Positions 46,039-53,173 of a DNA stretch of 57,324 nt are shown here, in pieces. A program made the position numbers and the translations under genes. Position 1 is the stretch's first letter. Every line of letters begins with the position of its first letter. The notes under the pieces were generated by a model. It was not told the origin of the DNA. It saw only the letters and a list, made by a program, of their open reading frames with translations, and did not search any database. The stretch comes from a virus (lineage: Duplodnaviria; Caudoviricetes). The DNA lies in the IMG/VR virus record IMGVR_UViG_3300029318_000006, positions 1 to 57,324 of that record, one strand, 5' to 3'.

Positions 46039-46055
46039 AAATAAAATAAAATAAA

Positions 46056-46274
46056 ATGGAAGATAAAAAAATAATAAAAGAAATACTTGAATTAGAACGT
46101 TATTTAATTGAAGAATTTTCAGACATTGAAATAACCCCTGCAAAAATTTTAGATTTAACTGTTAAGATATACAGAGCAGAACAAGAGCATTCTTTTCAGC
46201 TTAATTTAAATAATCATTTAACAAATATTACGAATAAATTAGATGAAATATCATCTAAACTAAAACAAAAATGA
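46056..46274 (+). CDS. Hypothetical protein
   Basis: 72 aa, preceded by an (AAAAT)n tract. Confidence 0.6.
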   Translation: MEDKKIIKEILELERYLIEEFSDIEITPAKILDLTVKIYRAEQEHSFQLNLNNHLTNITNKLDEISSKLKQK

Positions 46275-46426
46275 GAAGATTAGCAATAATAGGTGGCTTA
46301 AGTTTGATGACAGCATCTGGAGCCAATATGATTTGGAATAATCAACAACTTGGAATGAATCCCAATACCTATGCCTTGGCGTCTGGTGGGTTTTTTGTAA
46401 TGGTTGGAATAAGTTATAGACTATGA
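46271..46426 (+). CDS. 51-aa membrane/secreted peptide with beta-signal-like C-terminus
   Basis: MRRLAIIGGLSLMTASGA...GGFFVMVGISYRL; overlaps both neighbours. Confidence 0.6.
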   Translation: MRRLAIIGGLSLMTASGANMIWNNQQLGMNPNTYALASGGFFVMVGISYRL

Positions 46427-46587
46427 AAGAAAGTAAGCTAATTGAAATGCAAAATAAAATAAAATCTCTAAATGCTGCTGTGCAGCATTTAGTTACACTA
46501 TCAGTCGGCACAGCCGAACTAATTAAACATATGCCAGACTATGACGAGGCTCTTAAAAAAATGAAAGAGAATGAAGCCAATAAATAA
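46423..46587 (+). CDS. Hypothetical protein, 54 aa
   Basis: MKESKLIEMQNKIKSL...MPDYDEAL. Confidence 0.6.
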   Translation: MKESKLIEMQNKIKSLNAAVQHLVTLSVGTAELIKHMPDYDEALKKMKENEANK

Positions 46588-46828
46588 ATACATTATCATT
46601 ACTCCAGCTCAAGAAGAACTAAAAACTAAATCGGGTTTGCTTTTATCTCAAACAGATGCGTTTGCTTTTAGATATAAGAAAGCTACGGTAGTAAAACCAG
46701 GTACTGAGGTTAGTACAATTAAAGAAGGAGATGTTATTTATTACGACAAGGCACAAGCACACGAGGTAATCATCAACGATCAGTCGTATGTTGTTATTCA
46801 AGAGCGGGACGTTGTGGTTGTTTTATAG
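46571..46828 (+). CDS. groES: Co-chaperonin GroES (Cpn10)
   Basis: MKPINKYIII...KTKSGLLL (mobile loop)...VVKPG...IKEGDVIYY...VIQERDVVVVL. Confidence 0.9.
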   Translation: MKPINKYIIITPAQEELKTKSGLLLSQTDAFAFRYKKATVVKPGTEVSTIKEGDVIYYDKAQAHEVIINDQSYVVIQERDVVVVL

Positions 46829-47267
46829 ACTTGTTTAATTCTAGTATAGCATTACGATAAACTTTATCCATATACCTTACATCGTCTTTAAATATAGGGT
46901 TTATTTCAGCTGACTCAGCTATTGCCTCACCATTTAGTTTCTTATATATATTATTAATAGCTCTTTTACCTTTGAAAGTAACTTCATAAAGAGCAGCTTC
47001 TTTACCTTGTTTTTCTCTCCATATGTGAATATATCCACGTTCTATCAAGCTTTTAAAACGAGTTGGGTCCCAAGACATAATATTTCCATACTTATGAAAA
47101 TGTGTTTTAGTAAACAATCTTTCTGAGTACAGAAAGAACATTATATCTAAATCAGCTACGGTAAATCCGTATTGTTTCTTAGCCCAGTACCTAATAATTC
47201 TCCAGTACTTGAGGTAATCGTGAGATGGTTGTATTCTATCGTGAGGTCTCCTTACAATCTTTTTCAT
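46794..47267 (-). CDS. Winged-helix (MarR-like) DNA-binding protein
   Basis: FTVADLDIMFFL...LIERGYIHIWR...LYEVTFKGKRAI; likely start ATG 47267. Confidence 0.6.
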   Translation of the reverse strand: MKKIVRRPHDRIQPSHDYLKYWRIIRYWAKKQYGFTVADLDIMFFLYSERLFTKTHFHKYGNIMSWDPTRFKSLIERGYIHIWREKQGKEAALYEVTFKGKRAINNIYKKLNGEAIAESAEINPIFKDDVRYMDKVYRNAILELNKSIKQPQRPALE

Positions 47268-47274
47268 ATCTTTG
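47267..47274 (+). promoter_or_regulatory. -7 element TATCTTTG overlapping the divergent start codon
   Basis: TAnnTTTG, 8 nt before ATG 47283. Confidence 0.6.
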
Positions 47275-47282
47275 CTAAATAT

Positions 47283-47423
47283 ATGGCAAAAAGAAAGAAA
47301 AACAAAATATGTCCAGCTGGTATAGCTTGGGCAAAAAGAACTTTTGATAAGTATCCAAGTGCTTATGCAAATATGGCTGCAAGTAAATATTGCAAAGACC
47401 CTAACTACGGAAAAGGAAAATAA
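47283..47423 (+). CDS. Small basic protein (PSAYAN motif)
   Basis: MAKRKKNKICPAGIAWAKRTFDKYPSAYANMAASKYCKDPNYGKGK. Confidence 0.7.
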   Translation: MAKRKKNKICPAGIAWAKRTFDKYPSAYANMAASKYCKDPNYGKGK

Positions 47424-47539
47424 TGGATTCAAAAAAATTAAAAGAGATATCCTCTCAACTAAAAAAAGCTTCTGCTATGCACAAAGCACAAGCAAATAAA
47501 ATAGACCGTCTTATTAAATCTATTAAAAAGAAAAAATGA
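47423..47539 (+). CDS. Small basic protein, 38 aa
   Basis: MDSKKLKEISSQLKKASAMHKAQA...; TAATG coupling. Confidence 0.6.
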   Translation: MDSKKLKEISSQLKKASAMHKAQANKIDRLIKSIKKKK

Positions 47540-47661
47540 GTAAGTTAAGTGCCAAACAAAGAAAGATTGCTAGGTTAGCAATGCCCTTTGATAAAATAAC
47601 GGGAGCAGATTTTAAATTATTAAAAAAGAAAAAAAATGCCAACAGTAAAAGTAAAAGGTAA
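47536..47661 (+). CDS. Small basic protein, 41 aa
   Basis: MSKLSAKQRKIARLAMPFDKITGADFKLL...; ATGA coupling. Confidence 0.6.
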   Translation: MSKLSAKQRKIARLAMPFDKITGADFKLLKKKKNANSKSKR

Positions 47662-47788
47662 AAAAAGAGTATTTCCATACAATGCTGTGGGAAAAGCTCA
47701 AGCAGATTCATTTGCTAAGATGTCAGGTGGAAAAAAGAAAAACAACCCTGGTTACGGAATGGAAAAGAAAACTAAGTCTGGATATTAA
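47636..47788 (+). CDS. Small basic protein, 50 aa
   Basis: MPTVKVKGKKRVFPYNAVGKAQA... Confidence 0.6.
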   Translation: MPTVKVKGKKRVFPYNAVGKAQADSFAKMSGGKKKNNPGYGMEKKTKSGY

Positions 47789-48021
47789 TGGGCGAGCTAA
47801 AAAAATGGCGAGACCAGAAATGGGTTCGTATTGGTACCGATGGCGAAATAAAAGGCGCTTGCGGTACTAGTAAAAATAAAAAGAATCCAGATAGATGCTT
47901 GCCATTAGCAAAAGCAAGAAGTTTAAGCAAAAGACAAAGAGCGGCTACCGCTAGAAAGAAGAAAGCATCTGGTGGTAAAAAACAATTTGTTGCAAATACC
48001 AAAGCAGCTAAAAATGCCTAG
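47788..48021 (+). CDS. Small basic Cys-containing protein
   Basis: MGELKKWRDQKWV...CG...CLP. Confidence 0.7.
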   Translation: MGELKKWRDQKWVRIGTDGEIKGACGTSKNKKNPDRCLPLAKARSLSKRQRAATARKKKASGGKKQFVANTKAAKNA

Positions 48022-48112
48022 AGATAAACAATGGTACATTGATCAATACAATCGCAATAGAGAATATAGTGATTGGATATTTGATTATGAAGAAATAGAA
48101 GAAAATGGCTGA
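48014..48112 (+). CDS. Small protein, 32 aa
   Basis: MPRDKQWYIDQYNRNREYSDWIFDYEEIEENG. Confidence 0.5.
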   Translation: MPRDKQWYIDQYNRNREYSDWIFDYEEIEENG

Positions 48113-48395
48113 TAAAAGTAAAATGAAGTGTAACTCGGTCCGACCTAGTGACAGGGCTGGTAAAAAGAAAATGGTCAAAGCTTGTGAAGGTGGTAAAGAG
48201 AAGTTGATTCACTTTGGCGCAAAAGGATATGGTCATAACTATAGTGCTGCGGCACGAAAATCTTTCCGAGCCAGACATAAATGTGACACAGCCAAGTCGA
48301 AGTTGACAGCTCGATATTGGGCCTGCAAACATCTATGGGCTGGCAAGGGAGGTTCAACAAAAAGCTCTCCAAAAAGTCGAAGAGGAAAATATTAA
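48105..48395 (+). CDS. Small basic protein (RKSFRARHKC...YWAC..LW)
   Basis: KLIHFGAKG...ARKSFRARHKCD...ARYWACKHLW. Confidence 0.75.
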   Translation: MADKSKMKCNSVRPSDRAGKKKMVKACEGGKEKLIHFGAKGYGHNYSAAARKSFRARHKCDTAKSKLTARYWACKHLWAGKGGSTKSSPKSRRGKY

Positions 48396-48396
48396 T

Positions 48397-48404
48397 TATA
48401 TTTG
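48397..48404 (+). promoter_or_regulatory. -7 element TATATTTG
   Basis: TAnnTTTG, intergenic. Confidence 0.6.
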
Positions 48405-48419
48405 TAAAAATTAAAAATT

Positions 48420-49481
48420 ATGGCTGAAATACCTGCAGGCACTAAGTTTCAAGGAATAATTCCTGGTAATGATTATAAGAATAAAAAATCTGCATTATTA
48501 AATTCGTTAGCCCCAATATATACTATTGAAGATATAGCTGCCGCATCAGGTGGCGGAGCGCTAACTGTTCAAACCTTAACACTTCAAGGGACTGATGCAA
48601 CTACTACATCTCAAGCTATATACGGAATCAATGTTATAGATACCGCTACTACATCAAATTTAGCAACTAGACTGCCTGCGCCAACCACAGGAAAGCAAAC
48701 TACTTTTGTAAATACTTCATCAATGTCTATTTTAGTCTTCCCTTCTGTTACGGGAGGCGAGATAAACGGAGTTGTTGATGGATACGCATCAATACCCAAT
48801 GACGGTCAACCTTATGTGTTTAGCTGTGTAGAGAATCCATTACCTGGAGCTTGGGTATGGAGCCCACCTGCAACAGGTCAAATTCAACTACCAACAATAT
48901 CAGTTGCTCATACTAACGGGACTGGAACAAGTGCTTGGGGTGTTGGTAAAGCTGGAGCGCAATTAATAAACCCTACTGGAGCAAATTGGTATGACAACTT
49001 ATCTGTATCAGGTTTTCCTACTTTAACATTTAATGTAATTTCAGGATCAGCTCCTGGTGAAGATTATTGGTCATCTTTAACAAATATAGTTGGAACTAGG
49101 CAATTAGTTAACACAAAAGTGTATTCTAACTTTTTAGAAACAGACTCTCCAGCTCCTAGTGCTATAAGACCAACAATTGGGAGGTTTGTAGCTTATCAAT
49201 CAACTCCTAATTCATATGCTAATTATACTGCTTCAGGTGTAAATTTAAGTACTAATCCTGCTGATGGTGGTGTAGCTACGCCTGTTGGTCCATTACACAA
49301 TCCTGTAGAAGTAGGTGATGTTGGAACAGTTTACAATATACAACCAGCTAACCTAGTTCAGGTTTCCCCAGTTCAAACCGATGATATGGGGCCTAATAAC
49401 TATTTTACATTTAACATAGGAATACACCCTTTAATGGCTACTAAAACTTACAAGTTCGACATATTTTTAGAGCACACTTAA
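48420..49481 (+). CDS. Probable virion structural protein
   Basis: 353 aa, T/G/P-rich and beta-rich. Confidence 0.6.
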   Translation: MAEIPAGTKFQGIIPGNDYKNKKSALLNSLAPIYTIEDIAAASGGGALTVQTLTLQGTDATTTSQAIYGINVIDTATTSNLATRLPAPTTGKQTTFVNTSSMSILVFPSVTGGEINGVVDGYASIPNDGQPYVFSCVENPLPGAWVWSPPATGQIQLPTISVAHTNGTGTSAWGVGKAGAQLINPTGANWYDNLSVSGFPTLTFNVISGSAPGEDYWSSLTNIVGTRQLVNTKVYSNFLETDSPAPSAIRPTIGRFVAYQSTPNSYANYTASGVNLSTNPADGGVATPVGPLHNPVEVGDVGTVYNIQPANLVQVSPVQTDDMGPNNYFTFNIGIHPLMATKTYKFDIFLEHT

Positions 49482-49489
49482 AATATTAG

Positions 49490-49497
49490 TATATTTG
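49490..49497 (+). promoter_or_regulatory. -7 element TATATTTG
   Basis: TAnnTTTG, intergenic. Confidence 0.6.
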
Positions 49498-49511
49498 TAA
49501 AAAAAAGAATT

Positions 49512-49685
49512 ATGGATGGTTTAGAAATGAAATTTGGTCGTGAAATCAATATGCGACCAGACTCTAGAATGGGTATCACCAAGCTAGTGGATATGAAAAG
49601 AATGCAAAAAAGATTTGATAAAGTCAGAATGATTGCCGAAGGCAACGAGATGGCAAATGATAACATTAATTTATTTAAAAAATGA
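49512..49685 (+). CDS. Small Met-rich protein, 57 aa
   Basis: MDGLEMKFGREINMRPDSRMG... Confidence 0.55.
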   Translation: MDGLEMKFGREINMRPDSRMGITKLVDMKRMQKRFDKVRMIAEGNEMANDNINLFKK

Positions 49686-49894
49686 AACAAGGATACAACG
49701 ACAGACTAGATGAGTCATTAGGAATGAAGCACAAAGGGTCACACAAACAATCTATGAAAGATAGAAGAGACGAGTCTAAGGCTATGTCTAAAAAAGATTA
49801 TGGTCACGCTTATGGTGGAGACCACTCTATGAAATATGAAAAGCACTATCCATCTAGTGTAAAAGGTCACTTAGGCAAATTGATTAAAAAGTAA
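49682..49894 (+). CDS. Small basic protein
   Basis: MKQGYNDRLDESLGMK...DRRDESK. Confidence 0.65.
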   Translation: MKQGYNDRLDESLGMKHKGSHKQSMKDRRDESKAMSKKDYGHAYGGDHSMKYEKHYPSSVKGHLGKLIKK

Positions 49895-50034
49895 TGGGTA
49901 AAGCTTTAGTAAAATTAGGTTTATGGATTCAAAACACTTGGATTAAAATGCAGTGTAAATGGAACTGGCTTATATCTAAGTTAATGTTTAATGTGGCTTC
50001 TTGTCCTAACAAATTATGCAAATGCAAGGATTAG
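49894..50034 (+). CDS. Small Trp/Cys-rich protein, 46 aa
   Basis: MGKALVKLGLWIQ...CPNKLCKCKD. Confidence 0.55.
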   Translation: MGKALVKLGLWIQNTWIKMQCKWNWLISKLMFNVASCPNKLCKCKD

Positions 50035-50171
50035 GAGATTTAGTAGAAGGAGTAACCAAGGTCACTGGTATTAAAAAAGTAGTAGACACTGTTTCAAAAG
50101 CTACGGGCAAACCGTGTGGTTGTGCCGAAAGACGAGATTCATTAAATAGAAAATTTCCTTTTAAAAAATAA
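50022..50171 (+). CDS. Small protein, 49 aa (GLGD...TGIK...CGC..R...LN motif)
   Basis: MQGLGDLVEGVTKVTGIKKVV...PCGCAERRDSLNRKFP. Confidence 0.7.
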   Translation: MQGLGDLVEGVTKVTGIKKVVDTVSKATGKPCGCAERRDSLNRKFPFKK

Positions 50172-50174
50172 AAT

Positions 50175-50657
50175 ATGGCATACCAAAGATTACAAGTCAC
50201 AAGAGCTTTACCAGTTTATTCAACTACAACTGGTATTAATATACCTGATCCAGATTTTGCTGGTATTAGCGGAACTAGCGCTACTTCAGGAGCTAACAAA
50301 TTAACTGTAGCTGCTGCGAATACATTTACTGCTGATACTGTTCAAACAGGATTTATTGTAGAAAATGTATCAACTGGAGCTTATGCTAGGGTTACCGCAA
50401 TAGACAGTGGGACACAACTAAGTTTAAGTGGTAACATATTTACTGCTTCTGGAGATAATTATCAAATATATTCTCAAAGCACTAGAGGGTGTATATTATA
50501 TTGTGGAGGAGCTGGAGACATTAAATTGGTTACCGCTGCAGGAGACACAGTAGAGTATATTGGATTACAAGCTGGACAATTTTTACCTATTCAAGTAGTA
50601 AGGATAGAAGCTCCCACTGGTTCAGATATTGCTTCAAACTTTATAGCACACTGGTAG
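50175..50657 (+). CDS. Probable virion structural protein
   Basis: LYCGGAGDIKLVT...AGQFLPIQVVRI. Confidence 0.65.
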   Translation: MAYQRLQVTRALPVYSTTTGINIPDPDFAGISGTSATSGANKLTVAAANTFTADTVQTGFIVENVSTGAYARVTAIDSGTQLSLSGNIFTASGDNYQIYSQSTRGCILYCGGAGDIKLVTAAGDTVEYIGLQAGQFLPIQVVRIEAPTGSDIASNFIAHW

Positions 50658-50658
50658 A

Positions 50659-53163
50659 ATGAATATAGGAGCTGGAATAGGTATTGGATTCCAGGAACTA
50701 TTTGGTAAAGCTTTTAGGTATAATACAACTATAGCTTGTCAAAATGGTTCTGATGTAACTCCTGTTATAAAATTACCAGGTGGTACTTTCTCTGCAACTC
50801 CTGCTGGACTTTCTTTAAATTCAACTACAGGTGTTATTGATGTTAGTGCTTCCACTGTAGGGACTTATACAGTTACTTATAGTATTGGTCCTACTGAAGA
50901 CACCATAACTATTCAAGCTCCTGATGATGCTTCTTTTTCTTATTCATCAACTAGTTTTAGACAAAACGCTTCTAACCCTGCTCCAACAATAACAGGATTA
51001 GCAGGTGGTGTATTTAGCGGACCTACTGGAATCATATTTGCAGATAGCGGAACGAACACCAATAGCTCAAGTGGTATTATTAATTTAGCTGCTTCTACGG
51101 TAGGTGGTCCTTACACCATTACTTACACTACTACAGGAAACTGTCCTACTTCAAGAAATTTTGATTTAAGTATACAAGTTGGATTATCTATAACTTATTC
51201 TGCTACTTCTTTCTGTGAAGATGGTGGCAATACTGCTGCTCCTACTGTTGTTGGTGATCCAGGAAGTGGAACTTTTGCTTCAACAACTGGCTTGACTATT
51301 AATTCTACTACGGGTGTTATCAATACCGATACATCTACACCAGATGAGAACACACCTTATACAGTTACTTATACTGCTTCTACTGGAGAAACAGCTACTA
51401 CTCAAGTAACCATAAAGAATTTACCAACTATTGTTATTACTCCTAACCCATCTTTATCTGTTTGTGATGGTTCTTCAGCTACACTTACTGCGTCAGGAGG
51501 TGCTTCTTATCTTTGGTCTACGGGAGCAACATCAGCTCAGATAACAGTTAATTCTTCTGGCACATATTCCGTTACTGGTACAGGTAGTAATGGTTGTCAA
51601 AATACAGCTAGTGCTGCATTTACTGTTAATCCATTACCAACTATTTCTATTAGTGCATCTAGCACCTCTATTTGTGCTGGAGATAGTGTAACTCTTACTG
51701 CTAGTGGCGCTGGTGCTGGTGGAAGTTATTCTTGGAGTGATGGACAGACTACAGCTGCAATCACTGTAACTCCAGGAGCTACTATAACTTATTCCGTTAC
51801 TGGAACAGACGCTAATGGATGTTTTAATACTGCTAGCCAACAAATAACAGTTACTGCTACAGATACAGCTACTGTACAATACGCTGCAGCTAGCTACTGT
51901 ATAATGCCAACTGTACCAGGTGCTCAAAATGTAAATGGTTACTATCCAATGTTTACTAGTCAGACTGATGCTAATGCTTATAGTAACGATGGTCAAAGTC
52001 ATTCTCATTATATAGGAGGAACCAATTATTATATGCCTGGAGCTTCTGCTGCTTCTACTCCAGGAGTTGTTTTATTCCACGGCACTTATGCAACAAGCAC
52101 TGATGAACCAACAGTAACTGGAGCTACTGGAGGAACATTTACCAAGCACGCTGGCTCAGGAACATTAAGTATTAATTCAACAACAGGTGTAATTAATTTA
52201 CAAGCATCTGACGCAGGTACTTATACCGTAAGATATACAAGTGCAGGAACTTGTCCTGTTAATGTGGACAACACTATTACTGTTAAACCGCTAGACCAAA
52301 CTACATTTGCTTATAGTGGAACTAGTTTCCCTAAAGTTGGAACAGCTAGCGTGACAAGTGCTCCAGGAACAAGTGGAGGTACTTATAGTGCTACTCCAGG
52401 ATTGAGTATTAATTCATCCACTGGTGAGATTGACTTAGCTAACTCTACTATTGGGACTTATAAGATTTTCTACCAAACTGCTGGTTCTAGTACTAGTTGT
52501 GCTAATAATGGTATTATAGAGAACTTCGGAGTTACTGCTGCTAATTTAACATTGCTAGATAACAATGCAGCTATGTCATTTAATGGAACAGATTCTTATG
52601 TAGATGCTGGAAACTTAAGTGCTATAAATGGCTTGCAAAAAGTTACTTATTCATTTTGGATGAACGATAGTTCTGGTGTTGCTTCTTATCCAATAGGAAC
52701 AGATGGGCAACTTATTTTAATGCCTTTAATCAATAGTGATAGGTTTGATGTATATTTAGCTGGTTCAAGAATTTACAATAATCAAACTTTAACTGTTTTA
52801 AACACAAATCAATGGCACCATATTGTTTTAGTTATTGATAGTACTTTATCAACAGCAAATCAAAGAACTAAACTTTATATTGATGGAAATTCTTATACAG
52901 ACGTATCTGGCACAGCAATAACTCAGAATGCTACTATAGGAACTGTCACAACTGATACAAACATAGGTAGAGCAAGTGGAAGCACTCCAGCTTATTTTAC
53001 TGGTAAAATAGACGAAGTAGCAGTATTTAACAAAGCCTTATCTTTGTCAGAGGTTGAGTTGATTTACAATGCAACGAATGATAATCCAGGCAAAACAGGT
53101 GATTTATTCACAGGTGGATTAGGTTCATCGCTTGTATATTGGAATAGAATGGGAGATAGTTAA
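50659..53163 (+). CDS. Multi-Ig-like repeat plus C-terminal LamG adhesin/fibre protein
   Basis: Repeated SINSTTGVI..YTVTY units, ICAGDSVTLTASG..YSWS units, LamG at the C-terminus. Confidence 0.75.
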   Translation: MNIGAGIGIGFQELFGKAFRYNTTIACQNGSDVTPVIKLPGGTFSATPAGLSLNSTTGVIDVSASTVGTYTVTYSIGPTEDTITIQAPDDASFSYSSTSFRQNASNPAPTITGLAGGVFSGPTGIIFADSGTNTNSSSGIINLAASTVGGPYTITYTTTGNCPTSRNFDLSIQVGLSITYSATSFCEDGGNTAAPTVVGDPGSGTFASTTGLTINSTTGVINTDTSTPDENTPYTVTYTASTGETATTQVTIKNLPTIVITPNPSLSVCDGSSATLTASGGASYLWSTGATSAQITVNSSGTYSVTGTGSNGCQNTASAAFTVNPLPTISISASSTSICAGDSVTLTASGAGAGGSYSWSDGQTTAAITVTPGATITYSVTGTDANGCFNTASQQITVTATDTATVQYAAASYCIMPTVPGAQNVNGYYPMFTSQTDANAYSNDGQSHSHYIGGTNYYMPGASAASTPGVVLFHGTYATSTDEPTVTGATGGTFTKHAGSGTLSINSTTGVINLQASDAGTYTVRYTSAGTCPVNVDNTITVKPLDQTTFAYSGTSFPKVGTASVTSAPGTSGGTYSATPGLSINSSTGEIDLANSTIGTYKIFYQTAGSSTSCANNGIIENFGVTAANLTLLDNNAAMSFNGTDSYVDAGNLSAINGLQKVTYSFWMNDSSGVASYPIGTDGQLILMPLINSDRFDVYLAGSRIYNNQTLTVLNTNQWHHIVLVIDSTLSTANQRTKLYIDGNSYTDVSGTAITQNATIGTVTTDTNIGRASGSTPAYFTGKIDEVAVFNKALSLSEVELIYNATNDNPGKTGDLFTGGLGSSLVYWNRMGDS

Positions 53164-53173
53164 ATTATAGAAT

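Noticed and set aside
46028-46055. (AAAAT)n tract as a phase-variation switch
   Set aside because: It spans the groEL stop and intergenic gap and resembles ordinary A-rich Bacteroidota initiation regions; length change would not shift a frame.
47268-47432. N-terminal extension of the 46794..47432 ORF and of 47172..47423
   Set aside because: The two extensions overlap each other antisense; ATGs at 47267 (-) and 47283 (+) give non-overlapping genes around a promoter.
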